Source: Pavona decussata (taxonomy: Eukaryota). From it: a stretch of DNA of 64,000 nt. Below are positions 24,466-37,400 of this stretch, in pieces (within the stretch, counting starts at the first letter, position 1; the number at the start of each line of letters is the position of its first letter). The translations under genes were made by a program, and so were the position numbers. The notes beneath the pieces were generated by a model. It had not been told where the DNA came from and searched no databases. It worked only from the letters and a program-made list of their open reading frames with translations. The stretch spans positions 186,001 through 250,000 of the forward strand of contig CDRNST010000041.1 in NCBI GenBank assembly GCA_977016875.1. Reading direction: 5' to 3'.

Positions 24466-27400
24466 ATCCAGTAATCCTTACTGAGATCTGCGTTACTTTC
24501 CGTATCAGTCATGAACCGAGCAAAAATATTTTTATTTTAGTAGGCACCGTTCTTAAAAAACCCGAGATTCCCGGACCATCTTGTGATGCATAGAACGGTA
24601 GCAGTAGCAAAAGGAGGAACTGTCCTTTAACGTTATGATCTCGTTGAAGACACTTGAAATCAATTACAAGGCCATTCTACAACATGCAGAAATACACAGC
24701 ATTCATGTCCCGGCAACGCTTATAGCCTTTTACACTACCATTAATGTAATTCAGTTCACTCCTTCAGTGGCCAGAACAAATCTTTTCCCTAGCGATGGTA
24801 GACCCCATGACCATTCGCAACAAGCGAATGTTCCTGACTACCCTACACAAAGCCATTTACAGTGTTCATAATGGGATTTTTTTTTTACCATGATCGATAC
24901 TAAACGTTGCCATCTTTGAATGAAGCTACCTTGCTAATATACTTGATCTGTTTCGCTTGTAAATGATACAGTCTTTTGAACGACAACAATCTGACTCAGT
25001 TGAACGAAAGTGTGTTTCATGGCTTGAGGAATTTGAAGTATTTGTAAGTAAATTTTTTTGCCTTACTTTGTACACTTTAAAAATATAACTCAAGAGATAC
25101 TACATAAAGGATCAATGGTTTATTGCATTTGATTAATTAACAAAAAATCTGTTTGAGTTAATGCTAAGTAATTGATAAAGTTTTACATAGCACGGTCCAA
25201 ACTTCAGAGGGTCCGCCTGATAATTTTTCTTTGAATTGGTTTCTTTTAAAAAAAGAGTGTTGTGTATCATGATTAAGTGTAAGCTAAAACCTCAAACAAA
25301 CATCTTCTGAGGGTAATTCATAGATTCATTAAGAAGAGAAAACTTTACCTTTACTTGTGCCAACACCTGGCGAAAATATTCAATGATAAACAATTACTAG
25401 CAAGCTAAGAAAATCAACAACAACAGCTGTTGTGATAGCTGCCCCTGTTGGCACTTTTGTTAATTTAAAGAAATCAAACTTTGCTCTAGATGAAGATTAG
25501 ATTGATCCTTTACAGTAGGTTCACAGCAAACTGGAAATGGCCTATACCACGATCATTGAAAGCCTCCCTATTTTTTATCGCGAGTTTTTTCTTTTATGTT
25601 TGTAGGTATATGCAGTACAACAAATTGCAAAACCTACCACCAAAAATCTTCAGCCACAACAAAAAGCTAATCCGGTTGTAAGTAGCATTTTATTCTTTTC
25701 CTTATAAACGATACACTTTCAATTCTTATGACACTTTTGATACTTAAGAAGACCAACGGATAATGACCAAATTCAAGCCGCAGGGTAACCCTTTATCAGC
25801 CTCATTAGTTTCTTTGTTTTTTGTTTGTTCCTTTGTATGTTAGTTTGTTTGTTTGTTTTTTCACATGAAGTAAATCAAATAAACGCTTATTTCATGTGAA
25901 ATAAACTAATCAATAATTTATAATTATTAAGCCTGCGTTCTGGGCAGAGTTCAGTCAAAGCCCGATTACGTTAATCCTGGGGTAACGTGAACTTTGATGT
26001 GAGTTTCATTGCTAACCAATGAAGAATCTTCAAAAGGATTTCTGTTCCTCAGTTTTGTCTAAGACTCTTCTTTACCGCTAGCTTAAAACTTAACTTTTAA
26101 AAACACTCTTAATGAGCGAGAAGAAAACCTTGCTTAATTTTGAATCGGGGATTAGCGTTCCTCGGCTTTCGAACAACGGGGACCAGAACTCCTCATGCGC
26201 ACTAAAGTCCAGGTGAAGAGCTTCCGAGGATATATATATAACGGAGAATTAAGTAGCTGAAGAAGTATTACTTCAGTAGTTTGTCGACCATAACTTTGGA
26301 AGAGATACTGATATCAGGAAACAACTGAAAACAATAGCTAAGGGGGTTGTTGAGCCATTACAGCTTCAATTACATTGTTAAAAAAATCTTAAAATTGATG
26401 AAGTTGTTTGAGCTTATCAAATATCTCCTTTTAATGGACGCCCACTATCTGCTAAAGCTCCCAGACATAAATTATAATGTCTAGTCTCCCTGGGTTTTTA
26501 ACACATCCTTTACACGTTATTACAATGTGGTTGTACATATTATTATTTTCCTGCTTTCATATAAACAATATATAGAGACAAATCTCGCGACAAACAAGAA
26601 TAAACATAAATTTGAACATTATAATTTCGATAATAATCAAGTATAATTCGCGGAATATAATAGTCTCTAATACTCGATATGTTCGTTACTTGTGCAGGCG
26701 ACTGAACAGCAACAACCTGACGCTGTTAAACAAAAGTCTGTTTCGTGGATTGACAGATTTAGACGAACTGTGAGTAAAGTAATCTAATTTCAAGTTGGTA
26801 TAACCACTTGTTAGTTTCAGAAAAAGTCCTTAAGTTTCATGGCGTCTTCGTGTTTTAAAAGTTATTTCATTAACTTTTAATAACTTTAAACCTTAAATGG
26901 CTGCCGCAGGCACAGTCCGTACCCCTCCCCTCCCCTCCCTGTCTAGATAGGAGTAATAACATGCTCGGTTGTCTGTGTAAGAAACTAAGTTATGTCATGT
27001 TTCAACACTTAGATGATGTCGAGCCCCCTGAATACTATCGTTTAATGGCTTAACTGTTAACAATGAATCTGCCAATAGTTGTCAATCTCAATTTACATAT
27101 TAACCTTTTGGTCAGGGTATTTTCATTAATGATTAAGCGCAACCTCGTACTCACCCATGGCTATAATGATGCTAAAGAAGTTTAATTGTTTTAATTATGT
27201 TTTCCTGCTTTCAACATTTGTAATCTTGTTTTAACGCTTCAGCTAGTTGTAATAAGTTTCTTGCCTTGGATTTATTTTCCTTTCTCCTATACAACCTAGT
27301 GCTGTTTGAGCAATGTCAATATCAGATAGGCTGAACTGATTTTGTTCGCTTCATTTTTGTCTTATGAAGGTGGTTACACGATAACAATATCGAGAAGTTA

Positions 27401-30400
27401 CCTGCTGAACTGTTTGCAGATCTCAAAAATTTGGACGAACTGTGAGTATCAAGAGATCAAATCTTCTTACAATTGTTTAGTCATGTGCTACTACTCATCT
27501 CCAATAGTTTTAGTCTCCTAAAATAATTAATGAATAGCGCTTAAAACACAGCAAACAAAATAGTATTGCTGTAACATGCATAATATCCAGGAAATGAGTT
27601 TACATGATTATCCCAGTCAAGAAATCTATCCGCGTAATATTCAACTTAATGTGTTTTCAGGCTAAGAGGACAGGAAATGTGGATTTAGGGGGTTAGACAT
27701 GTAACTTTAATATTGAATAAAAATTTATAATGCTAATAAGTGCAGTTGTTCACGTCAGTTACTTATAATTTTGCCGCGAGATGGTGCACCAGGTGAGTCC
27801 TAGCTAGATCTTGTAGTTGAAGAATTCAAATGCATATATCAACGTTCATAAAATTCATGACATTTTACACTCATTCTGAATGATCAAAATTGTACCGACT
27901 AGAATGAAAAGAAGCAAATTATCTGATCTAGGGGCCAAGTAAGACTTTGGTGCTGCATGATTGGGAGAGAAACGCGTAACTTTTATATCAGCTGAGTGGC
28001 TGAAGTAAGTCTATAAACTCAGTCGATGTTAATCTTACTGTTATGAAAAGCTGTGTGTTTTGCTAGATTCCTGATTGTATTTTTTTTTCTGGATCAACAG
28101 GGATTTGTCTCGCAATAATATTAAGAGATTACCACGCAGGATTTTTGGGAACCTTGTCAACCTGACGCAGCTGTAAGTGAGAACAATCAGTATGGTGGAA
28201 TTCGACAAAAATGCTCCATTACTTTTTTTGTTGATAGTTTCCATTCGCTTCTAAAGACGTTAATACTTGCCCTTGGTCTTGTTTTTGGGGAGTATTAACC
28301 ACTAACATCAAGGTTCTGGTTTTTCAAAGAGCGTATAACTTTATCCAGTGACTAAGTTGCTCTATAGCGGACAAAATGTATCCCAACTAACACATTACGA
28401 TCATTGTGTTTTGGGGGAGGGTATTGAGGGGATTCCTTCCCCCTCCTCATAACCTTGTAACTATAAAAGCTACGACAATCAGGCCTGGAGGATAGACAGT
28501 ACGTCGAAGGATGTTTCCTTTGAGGTCTGCAACGAGAAGTGATGACGTCATATGACGCGGTAAACACACCATTATTACCCAATGGCGGCCATATCGGATC
28601 CACCATTTTTGATTTCTGGATTTCGCAAGACTTCAGAAACGCGCCGAAATTGAAAAAAAAAAAAAAAATTGAAAGCAATAAGGAAAGATAACATCAGCTC
28701 AAACACAAAAGTAACATCGAGGTATTTCCATTTTTCTGAAAAAAAAAAATATCTGTTAACATTTGGCTGCAATGGTAACATCAAACCCAATGAACTCTAA
28801 CCGATCACACCTTAACTTTTCGAGATAAATACCTGGAAAGGTCCAAAAGTTTTTTTAAGGAGTTTGTGCGCATATTGAAAAAGCTGTCCAGGTTTAAAGT
28901 CCCTGGGGGCATAATTTATCCCTTACCCGTGTAGATTAAGGGTCAAGTTAATTAAAGCACCACATGTTTAATTCGAGTACTTTTAGCTAAGTTGTGGCTA
29001 GTTGTATTATTTGTACAGCTAAAATGTAAGTATGTTTTGCAGGTGGATGGCTCACAACAAACTTAATAATCTCTCCCATGACGTCTTCAGGAACTTGACC
29101 AAGATAAAGATACTGTAAGTGAGGTTTGGCTCATAGAAAAATTAGATCGCTAAATTGGAAAACTGCATCAGACAGGAACTGTGATAGAAACCAACAAATG
29201 CAACCCAATTTAAGCTGTATTGATTATTTTTTTTTTTCTTGTTCTGTTTTGAGTTTCGAAGCCTTATGGGAGCAGATGAGGACAGGCGAGAGGGAAGGCG
29301 TAGGGGTGGGGGGATAAAAAAGCACCGCCCACGTATTTTAATAACGACAAAGTTATGACAATTGGTCCTGTAAGGTATATCGTTCCCTTTGTGGTTCGTG
29401 TAATGGGACGTATCCATGTTTTAAGAATCTCAGTAACTGTTAAAATTGATTCAAAAGTATAGAAAAATACATAAAAACATTACAAATGCTGACATGATAT
29501 AGAATTGTAATAATATATTGAAACTAAACCTTTCCGACGTTTCGATGATGTTATCATCATTATCAACGCAAGTGGCTGTTTCTTCGTGGTTGAATATAAA
29601 CAAGCGAAAACAATATAATAGACATTTAGTTTCTTTGTGATTATGTACATAACTTAGCACGGATGGAGTCAGCTTGCATGTTCAAAGCTGGTTTAAGGTT
29701 TTGAATGATTAACATTTCGTGAGTTGAAGCCGGTGACACACTAGGCGATTTTATACGCCGATCGGCGTATAAAATCGTCGATATCTGGCATGTCAGATAT
29801 CGGTGATTAATTTCGGCGGCATTCGCCTAGTGTGCTCGTTCCCGCTATTTTCTGCGCTCATCGCTGCGAATCGCCAGTAAAGTCAACTAATCAGTATGGC
29901 CTATTTTATTACATGACTTTTCGAAAAGTCGGGTAGCAGCGGTAAGATGGAGCCTGGGAACAATGTTTAAGTGCCACATCGCCGCGATCGGCGACAAAAA
30001 AATCGCCAAGTGTGTCCGCATCAATCGGTGGTGAAAATCGCTTGCGATTTTCGCTGACGATCATATTCGTCGCGATCGGCGAATAAAATCGCCTGGCTTG
30101 TCGCCGGCTTAAGCCATGGACCCATCTTGTTGACCGGCAGACGGCACAAAGAAACAAGTGATGTCATTCGGCAACAAAATTGGCTTTGCGCCTTCATCCA
30201 GCTGTGTTTACAAGCCGGAAAATCGGAGATGTGTTAAAATCCAGGGAACTGAAACCAAGTATCATCAACCAACAATGCGATATAAATGTGGTTTATGCGA
30301 TATGGACTTTGTCGGGTACACCAACCGACACTTACATCAACGTGTTGCCGAACTCAGTTCACTGAATTCCTCAATTTATTGGCAAGCACATGTACGATTT

Positions 30401-33400
30401 GCGTTATACTAAAATAAAAATTAACTAACAACTTTTCTGTGCTGAAAAAAAAAAAAAATGCCGCAACAAATTTGACTGCTTGATTCACGTAATGTTGATC
30501 ATTCAAGATCTTAAACGAGCTTTCAACGTACAAGCTGACTCCATCCGCGCCAAGTTATTTACATAATCACAAAGAACACTAAGGGTCAGTTATTAAAAGA
30601 CAGTTTAGACGGTGTTTAACAAAATCACGTTCTAAACCATTTTCAATTTTACCAACGGTCATATCTAAACATTGTCTACTGCTAATAGTAACAGGAACGC
30701 TTGCATCCCAGCATAGAAAACTATTTATCTATTTAAAATAAACCACTTATCAACAGATTTGGAGGCCCACTGATTGTCTTAAGCCGCGATCACGGTAGAC
30801 TCTGTTTAAATAACTGACCCTAAAAGTGTCTGTTATATTGTTTTCACTAATTTATAATCAACCACGAAGAAACGGCTACTTTACATCGATAACGATGATA
30901 GCATCATCGAAACGTCGGGCAGCTTTAGTGTACTCAAGTTTTACAGTAAATCTTTAACTATACGATATACAATATATGACGATAAAACTAGAAAATTAAA
31001 AGTTCGATAAAATCTTTCCACAAAATGGCATTCAAATTGTTGCCAAATCAATCTTAGCCAGAAAACTAACAAGGTTTTTCGGCTTTTCGTTTGATATATC
31101 AAAGGTGTACTAGTACTTCTTTTGCCTCCTTCACCAACCCTCGAGATGAAAAGAAGTGAGACGAAGGAGAAATAAATATAATTTCTTAAAAGCAAGCATT
31201 CACTAACATCTTATCGCATAGTTTATTGTCGTTATAACATCATTTTAAACATAAGGAGGATACAATTTTGCAGCGTTATGAATCTCAATGAGATTTGCCA
31301 ATTTTGGGGTAGAAAATATTCGGAAATAATTTTTTAAAAGAGGATTTGCCTAAATAAATTTTAAGCTAGCGATTTTCACTAAAATTTATTGTTTAAGGTT
31401 TTAATAACACCAATTCGAACTAGAACTAACTGTATGTAAATAATATATGCACTGCTTTATTTTCCCGTTACAAAGGTTTTGTTACTTGTAACAACATGTA
31501 ACCTTGGCTATTGCTTATCATAATCATTTCATCTGTTATATTTTGTTGTTTGCTACAAAAATATATTAGGAAATTGGCGGAAAACAACATATCGAAGCTT
31601 CATCCTGGTCAGTTTAGGGACTTGGTGGATTTATATGATTTGTAAGTAATGCCATTTATTGCCAGACTGGACTAATAAAGACTAAAAGAAAAAAAAAAAG
31701 AAAAAAAAGAAATAAATAAATAAAAGTACAATACAAATGTAAATCATCTAACAACAGTTTTACAGTGAAACATTAAACGACTTCTAAACCCAATTTCTCC
31801 TAGTTGCGTAAATGACAAAGTTCCTTTAGTGTAAACCTCAATTGAAGAGCCGGCCACTGAACACCGGCTATATGTGTGTAAAATGGAAACTTGTTATTGG
31901 TGTTCGTATACGCCTCTGAACGAAATGGAGAGTGGTGGTTCAGAATTATTTAAAGTGTTTACATGGTAACCAAATTGAGGCGCGTGTCGAGTTTCTTGGT
32001 TTTGATACCTTTTCAACTTGTTTTGTTTTTGAAGGTATCTGTCGAATAATCATATTAAAGTACTACCCAAGCGGATTTTCAAGGGGCTGAGGAGTCTTTT
32101 GTACCTGTGAGTAGACAATGGTTAGCCCTTCACTGGATAAAATATCTTAGACTAGCACAGAGTTACAAAAAGCTAAGTAACTTATATATAGGTCAGAAGA
32201 TATACGTATATACATACATATATCATATTATCCACTCCCCTCGTGTGATTTTCAGAGACAATTTACAACACAGTGTGGAGGACTTTGCCAGAATGGTTGC
32301 GGTGCAGTTTACAATTAATGAAGTGATGGGTTATGAATGCCCACGAAGTGAGCTAACCAGTTGGATTCTCACTATACTACCTACCTGTTTAATATTTTAT
32401 TGCTAATGGTCCCAGATTTCTAGGGGTTGTAACAACCTGGAGAAAACATAGGGACTCGTGTACAAATCTAGGTTGCTGCTAGTCGAGCCATTCAGGGACT
32501 TAACTTTTCACGTTCTTATTACGATTCATCAGTGGAAAGTCTAGAACAACGATTTAGACGACCTCAACAAATCATTTTGACACAAATGAATGAATTGTTA
32601 CGAATGCCCGGCTGCCCAGGATCAGATTTCCTTTAGATTAGCTTGTGAAAAATCGGCGTACGGGACGTCGCGTCATATCAAAAGGGCGGATCGTTAATTC
32701 CTGTCATTATGACCAATCTTCCCAAAGAAATTAAATTCGTGAACGAATTGCCCGGGCGAGGAACAACAGCAACGTTTGGAAAATCGACGGATTACTCGAC
32801 TTCATAAAAGTACAAGAATCATAAAATCTGGAAGTAGGGATGGCGTACTGGTGAGAGCACTCGCCTCCCACCAATGTGGCCGGGTTGAATTGTCTGACTC
32901 GGCGCCATTTGTGGGAATACGTTTCTTTTGTTCGTTCGTCTTCTGTGACCCGCGTTCGATTCCCGGACTCGGCGGCGCCTTATATTACGAAAAAATTCCG
33001 TCACCACAGTTGCCAAGCAGCTGACCAGTCAATGGCGTCGAGAATGCCTAATCAGAAAGAAAGGAAGAGCAATCTGAAACTACAGCCATAAGATTCGAAA
33101 GGCTAGCTATTTCTGTTGGAGACCCCGTCATATTAATAAACGATTCAACAACAACGATGTTTTAGCTGATTTTGTCATTTAAATGTTGTAGACAGACTTG
33201 CCCCTTCTTTGGCTTGTAACATTATAGTGACATTTGACAATATTAAATTGATGTGATGTGATGGATGCTTTTATGGAGTTATTATTTCACAATCATAATG
33301 TTTAGAGAAGCGGACACCCACGGGACCATCATTTGGTGTCCTTAATAGCGAGAGTTCCCAATGGCGGGGTACGATGAAATTGTGGACCCAAAGTCGGCCA

Positions 33401-34389
33401 CAACTGATTGAATTTCCCAAACCTGATCACTCCACGACACCTCCAAGGCTGTCAAAGGCATTACCTTGGCTTGCAGAATTGCTCTGGTATGAGCTTCTGC
33501 CCTCCCTGATGCCTCAGTAAACTCATGCGTATGATTAGCCAAAGAAGTCTCTCGCTATTACGGACACCAAATGATGCTCCTGTGGGTGTCCGCTTCTCTA
33601 AACATAATGATTGTGAAATAACGACTTCATAAAAGTATCGATCGCATCAACTCAATAGAATATTTACAACACATATCTGTTTTTTGTAGTGACATCCACG
33701 ATAATGATATCCTGAACGTCTCCTTAGAAACCTTCCAAGACGTCAAAAAATTGCGATTTTTGTAAGTATAACTTTGGGTATTACTGTGTCTCTTTGGTTT
33801 TCATTGGAACAAATTTATATTCCATTTACATTTTTGCTCGCTATGTGTGAGTTGTGTGGAAAAAATAAAAACGTGGACAAAACATCTAAGCTTGGAATTA
33901 ATTCCTAAAGTTTTAAACGAATGATTTCTTTATAGGTCGCAATCACTGCTGGAACAACCTAAGTATAACACTTATGTTAGAAGGGCGATTTACACGGTAC
34001 TACTTTGTCGCATACGACAGACTTACGACAGGCCTATGACACGAATTTTTTCTTGTAAATCATACCTTCAACTCGCTTACGACTGTCGTGTACGTCACAA
34101 AAAAATGTCGTAGGATTTGAAAAAAAAGTCTTAAAATTCTATGAGGCGAGCAGCGCGCTCTGGAAATCGCATGCGACAGTCGTATAAGCAAAAGTTGTAT
34201 CGTCTAAATCGGCCTTAAATAGTGTTTTCTCTCACGTTACAGCAATTAAAAAATATCCTAGAAGACAAGATTTGTTATTCAACGTGATTACCTTGTGCCA
34301 TTCAAAGAAATAAAAACATAATTACCACGATGGATGGGTGAATGGATTAATTGGTTAATTGTTTAATGATAGGCTGAATGAATCGTTTC

Positions 34390-34433
<44 letters not shown>

Positions 34434-37400
34434 CTGGCTACTGATTAAATGATTGATGGATTGATTAATTAATTGATTGATTGATTAATTGATTGATGGA
34501 TTGATTTTGTTGTTGTTGTTGTTTGTTCACGTCCCTGCACCGAGGGTTTTTCTCTGGGTACTCCGGTTTTCCTCCCTCCATAAAAACTGAACCAACATTT
34601 CCAAATTCCAATTAGACCTGGAAACAGTGGAGCGAAGAGCCACAATGTGGATTCCACTGAAATTCCCATTATTATTGTTATCATTAGTGATTAAGTTTGT
34701 AGTGGCCTGTAGTCAGGCTTTCCGGGAATAGCCTGTCGTTACAGTACGGTGTTTGTTGACTAGGCATTTGAATGAAATTTTCTTCTTAAAAAATGTACTG
34801 TCTCTCGTTTGAATAGAAAAATATCTAACCGCCTACAGCTCTACGTTCACTTAAGCTCCATTCTGCTATGCGCAGAGCTGTAAATGTTAAGTATCGTTTG
34901 TGCAAAAATATGTCAACCTAGCCGACGTTCAACCCAGCTTAATTTATTTCATTCATAATCCAAGTGGCACGACGTCACTTGACGTGAGAATTACATCACC
35001 CATCAAAATCCACCGTATTGGCTCGATTTTTACACAACCCCAGAAAACCGCTTAACCTGACTCCAAAATAATCAAGACCAATTATCAAATGCTACCATGG
35101 AATAAAGATGCGAAGTAACGACGCTACACGTTTTCCCATGAAAAGACATGGTGTATCATATTCTTTCGTGTAAATCTTAGGTAAGGTCACAGAGGTTGCT
35201 GCTGTTGCTTCAAATATTAGGAAAGTTGCGATCTTTCAAAGTTAGCCCATCCCCCACCTGGCTGAACAGTGTTATTTTGAGACCTAATTCGCCAAAGATT
35301 TATCCTGACAGCGGGAAGTTGTGTGAATATGTGTGAATATCTTAACATTTTTCCAAAGTTACACTAACCGGGCCTTAAATTACGCGTGCAACTCAGCGCC
35401 TAAATAAGTTACATATTTATGTGTTGAATTTCAGATTTATGCATTATAACCTGATGGCTGAACTCCCTGTGGGTTTTTTCGCTGGAATGAACAACATCAC
35501 ACAAATGTAATATTCTTTGATAAAATAATTGTTATAAACCTACGCAAATCAGCGGACTAATATAAGCGCAGTTCTTTTTGACTAGTCCTGAGTTTCCAAT
35601 AAAGAATACCAAAAAAAAATTATTGTGAAAACCGGTCTATGCACCTTCAGAGTTAATGCCTACTGTACAGCAAAAGGGACTGGAGTCTCAATATACCATA
35701 ACAGCTTCATGAAAAGACGATGGAAACTCCACCAATGATCACATTTTTAACTGCTGTCAATGATCGTAGGAAACCTATTGAAAACTAGGAAATTTAGCTC
35801 TGCCCAGATACGAAATCCTGTTGTTAGCTGTAATTAGCAGGTTTTGATTCATTTCCAGGTGTTTGGCTTAGGAAAAACTAGGAATGACTGTTTTAACAAA
35901 AATGTAAACTCCTGTTGGGTTTTAAAGGACATAGTTTGCACGTCATTTAAAAGGCGTATGAAGTCTGGGCATGAAATATGAACGATAAAGCATTTAGTCT
36001 CTTTTATGGTGGGTTCCATCCTTTGACTTGCTGCACGCGTGCTCGAAACCAGTAAGTTACAAGGTGATCATTGGCGTCCCACTCGTTTATGGCCTTATGA
36101 GCTTGGGCAACAACGGGAAACATTTAAACGTTACGGAATTAGCTTGTTCACATATTTGCCACGCTATGCTCAAATTTGGTATAAATATCCTGCCATACTG
36201 TACCTCTACACAAAAAGGCTCTTGATTTAAAATCTACAAATTATTACACCCTAGTTTTGATACATATTTCAACAAAAATAATTAAAAGCCTTCAAAAACT
36301 TAATGTCCCTTTTGTGATTTTTTTTCTTATAGCAACAACAATTTATGGCTAAAAGGAATGAACGCTCATGGCAGAGAATAATACTGAAATCTTAAAACGC
36401 TAACAGGGTCATGTTATGTCATATGCCCACATTTGTCGCAATTTATCTAGCAAAAATCAAACCTAACGCATTGCCAGTACTCAAATACAAAGTTTTATCA
36501 AACGCTTTACAGACTAATTCAACCAATTGCGCAGTCACATAAATTGACCCTTGAAGTTACTTATTTAAATTGTTAATTTTTTGGCCTTTATGATTATCTT
36601 GCAGAATGCTTGATACCAACCTTATGTGCTGCCATGCGGAATTCAAGGAAGACGCCGGCTGTGCTTTTGTCATCAATGACAATTTCGCAAACTGTGACAG
36701 TATGTTTCGGAACGTAAACCCAAAAAGGTGCATCTGGGTGGTTGGAATTTTGTCGATTCTTGGGGCTGTGTTTGTGATTACCTGGCGAGTGTTCTTTAAA
36801 GAAAAGAATGTCGTGCAAACGATTCTGTTGATGCACGTTGCGGTTGCGGATGGACTGATGGGAGTGTACCTTATTACTGTCGGGGTAATGGATGCTGTCT
36901 GGTCTGGTGAATATTATCTGCATGACTTTGAGTGGCGAACCGGTTTCCGGTGCCAGATGGTAGGGGGAATGTCGGCGATGTCCAGCCAGGTATCCATCAT
37001 GACACTGGCGCTCCTCGCGATTGAGCGAGTGAAGAAGATCGTGTTCCCTTATCAATTCAAGGGACTCACTCGAAAGAAGGCCCATAAGTTTTGCCTTGCC
37101 ATCTGGGTGATCGGTTTCCTTTTTGCCTACCTGCCAACCTTCGGCATCCGCTATTTCCATGACCATGACAAAAGCATATTCTACTATGGTAAATCAGTCG
37201 TGTGTATCCCCCTCCAGCTTGACCCTGACTTTATTTCGGGATGGGAGTATTCAGTTGCCGTATTTGTGGGTTTGAATGTGGCTCTGGTTATCGTTATTAT
37301 TGTGGCGTACTCCATGATTTTGTACAAGACCTGCATGTCGAGATGGCGGCTCACCCGTCAAGGTACGAGAAGGGAACGAAAAGCCAGGGCAAGAGATGCC

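Larger units (their letters stand above)
29450..30990. mobile_element. Penelope-like element with an inverted partial copy (minus 29450-29724, plus ~30113-30990), in an LGR intron
   Basis: Plus copy encodes YKCGLCDMDFVGYTNRHLHQRVAE and KKCRNKFDCLIH.MLII.DLK.AFNVQADSIRAKLF. The 3' ~270 bp is repeated in inverted orientation. Both copies carry degenerate hammerhead motifs (29530-29572 minus, 30879-30922 plus). Confidence 0.85.

Noticed and set aside
28296-28947. piggyBac-like MITE
   Set aside because: The TTAA-CC..GG ends match too poorly to support a TIR pair.
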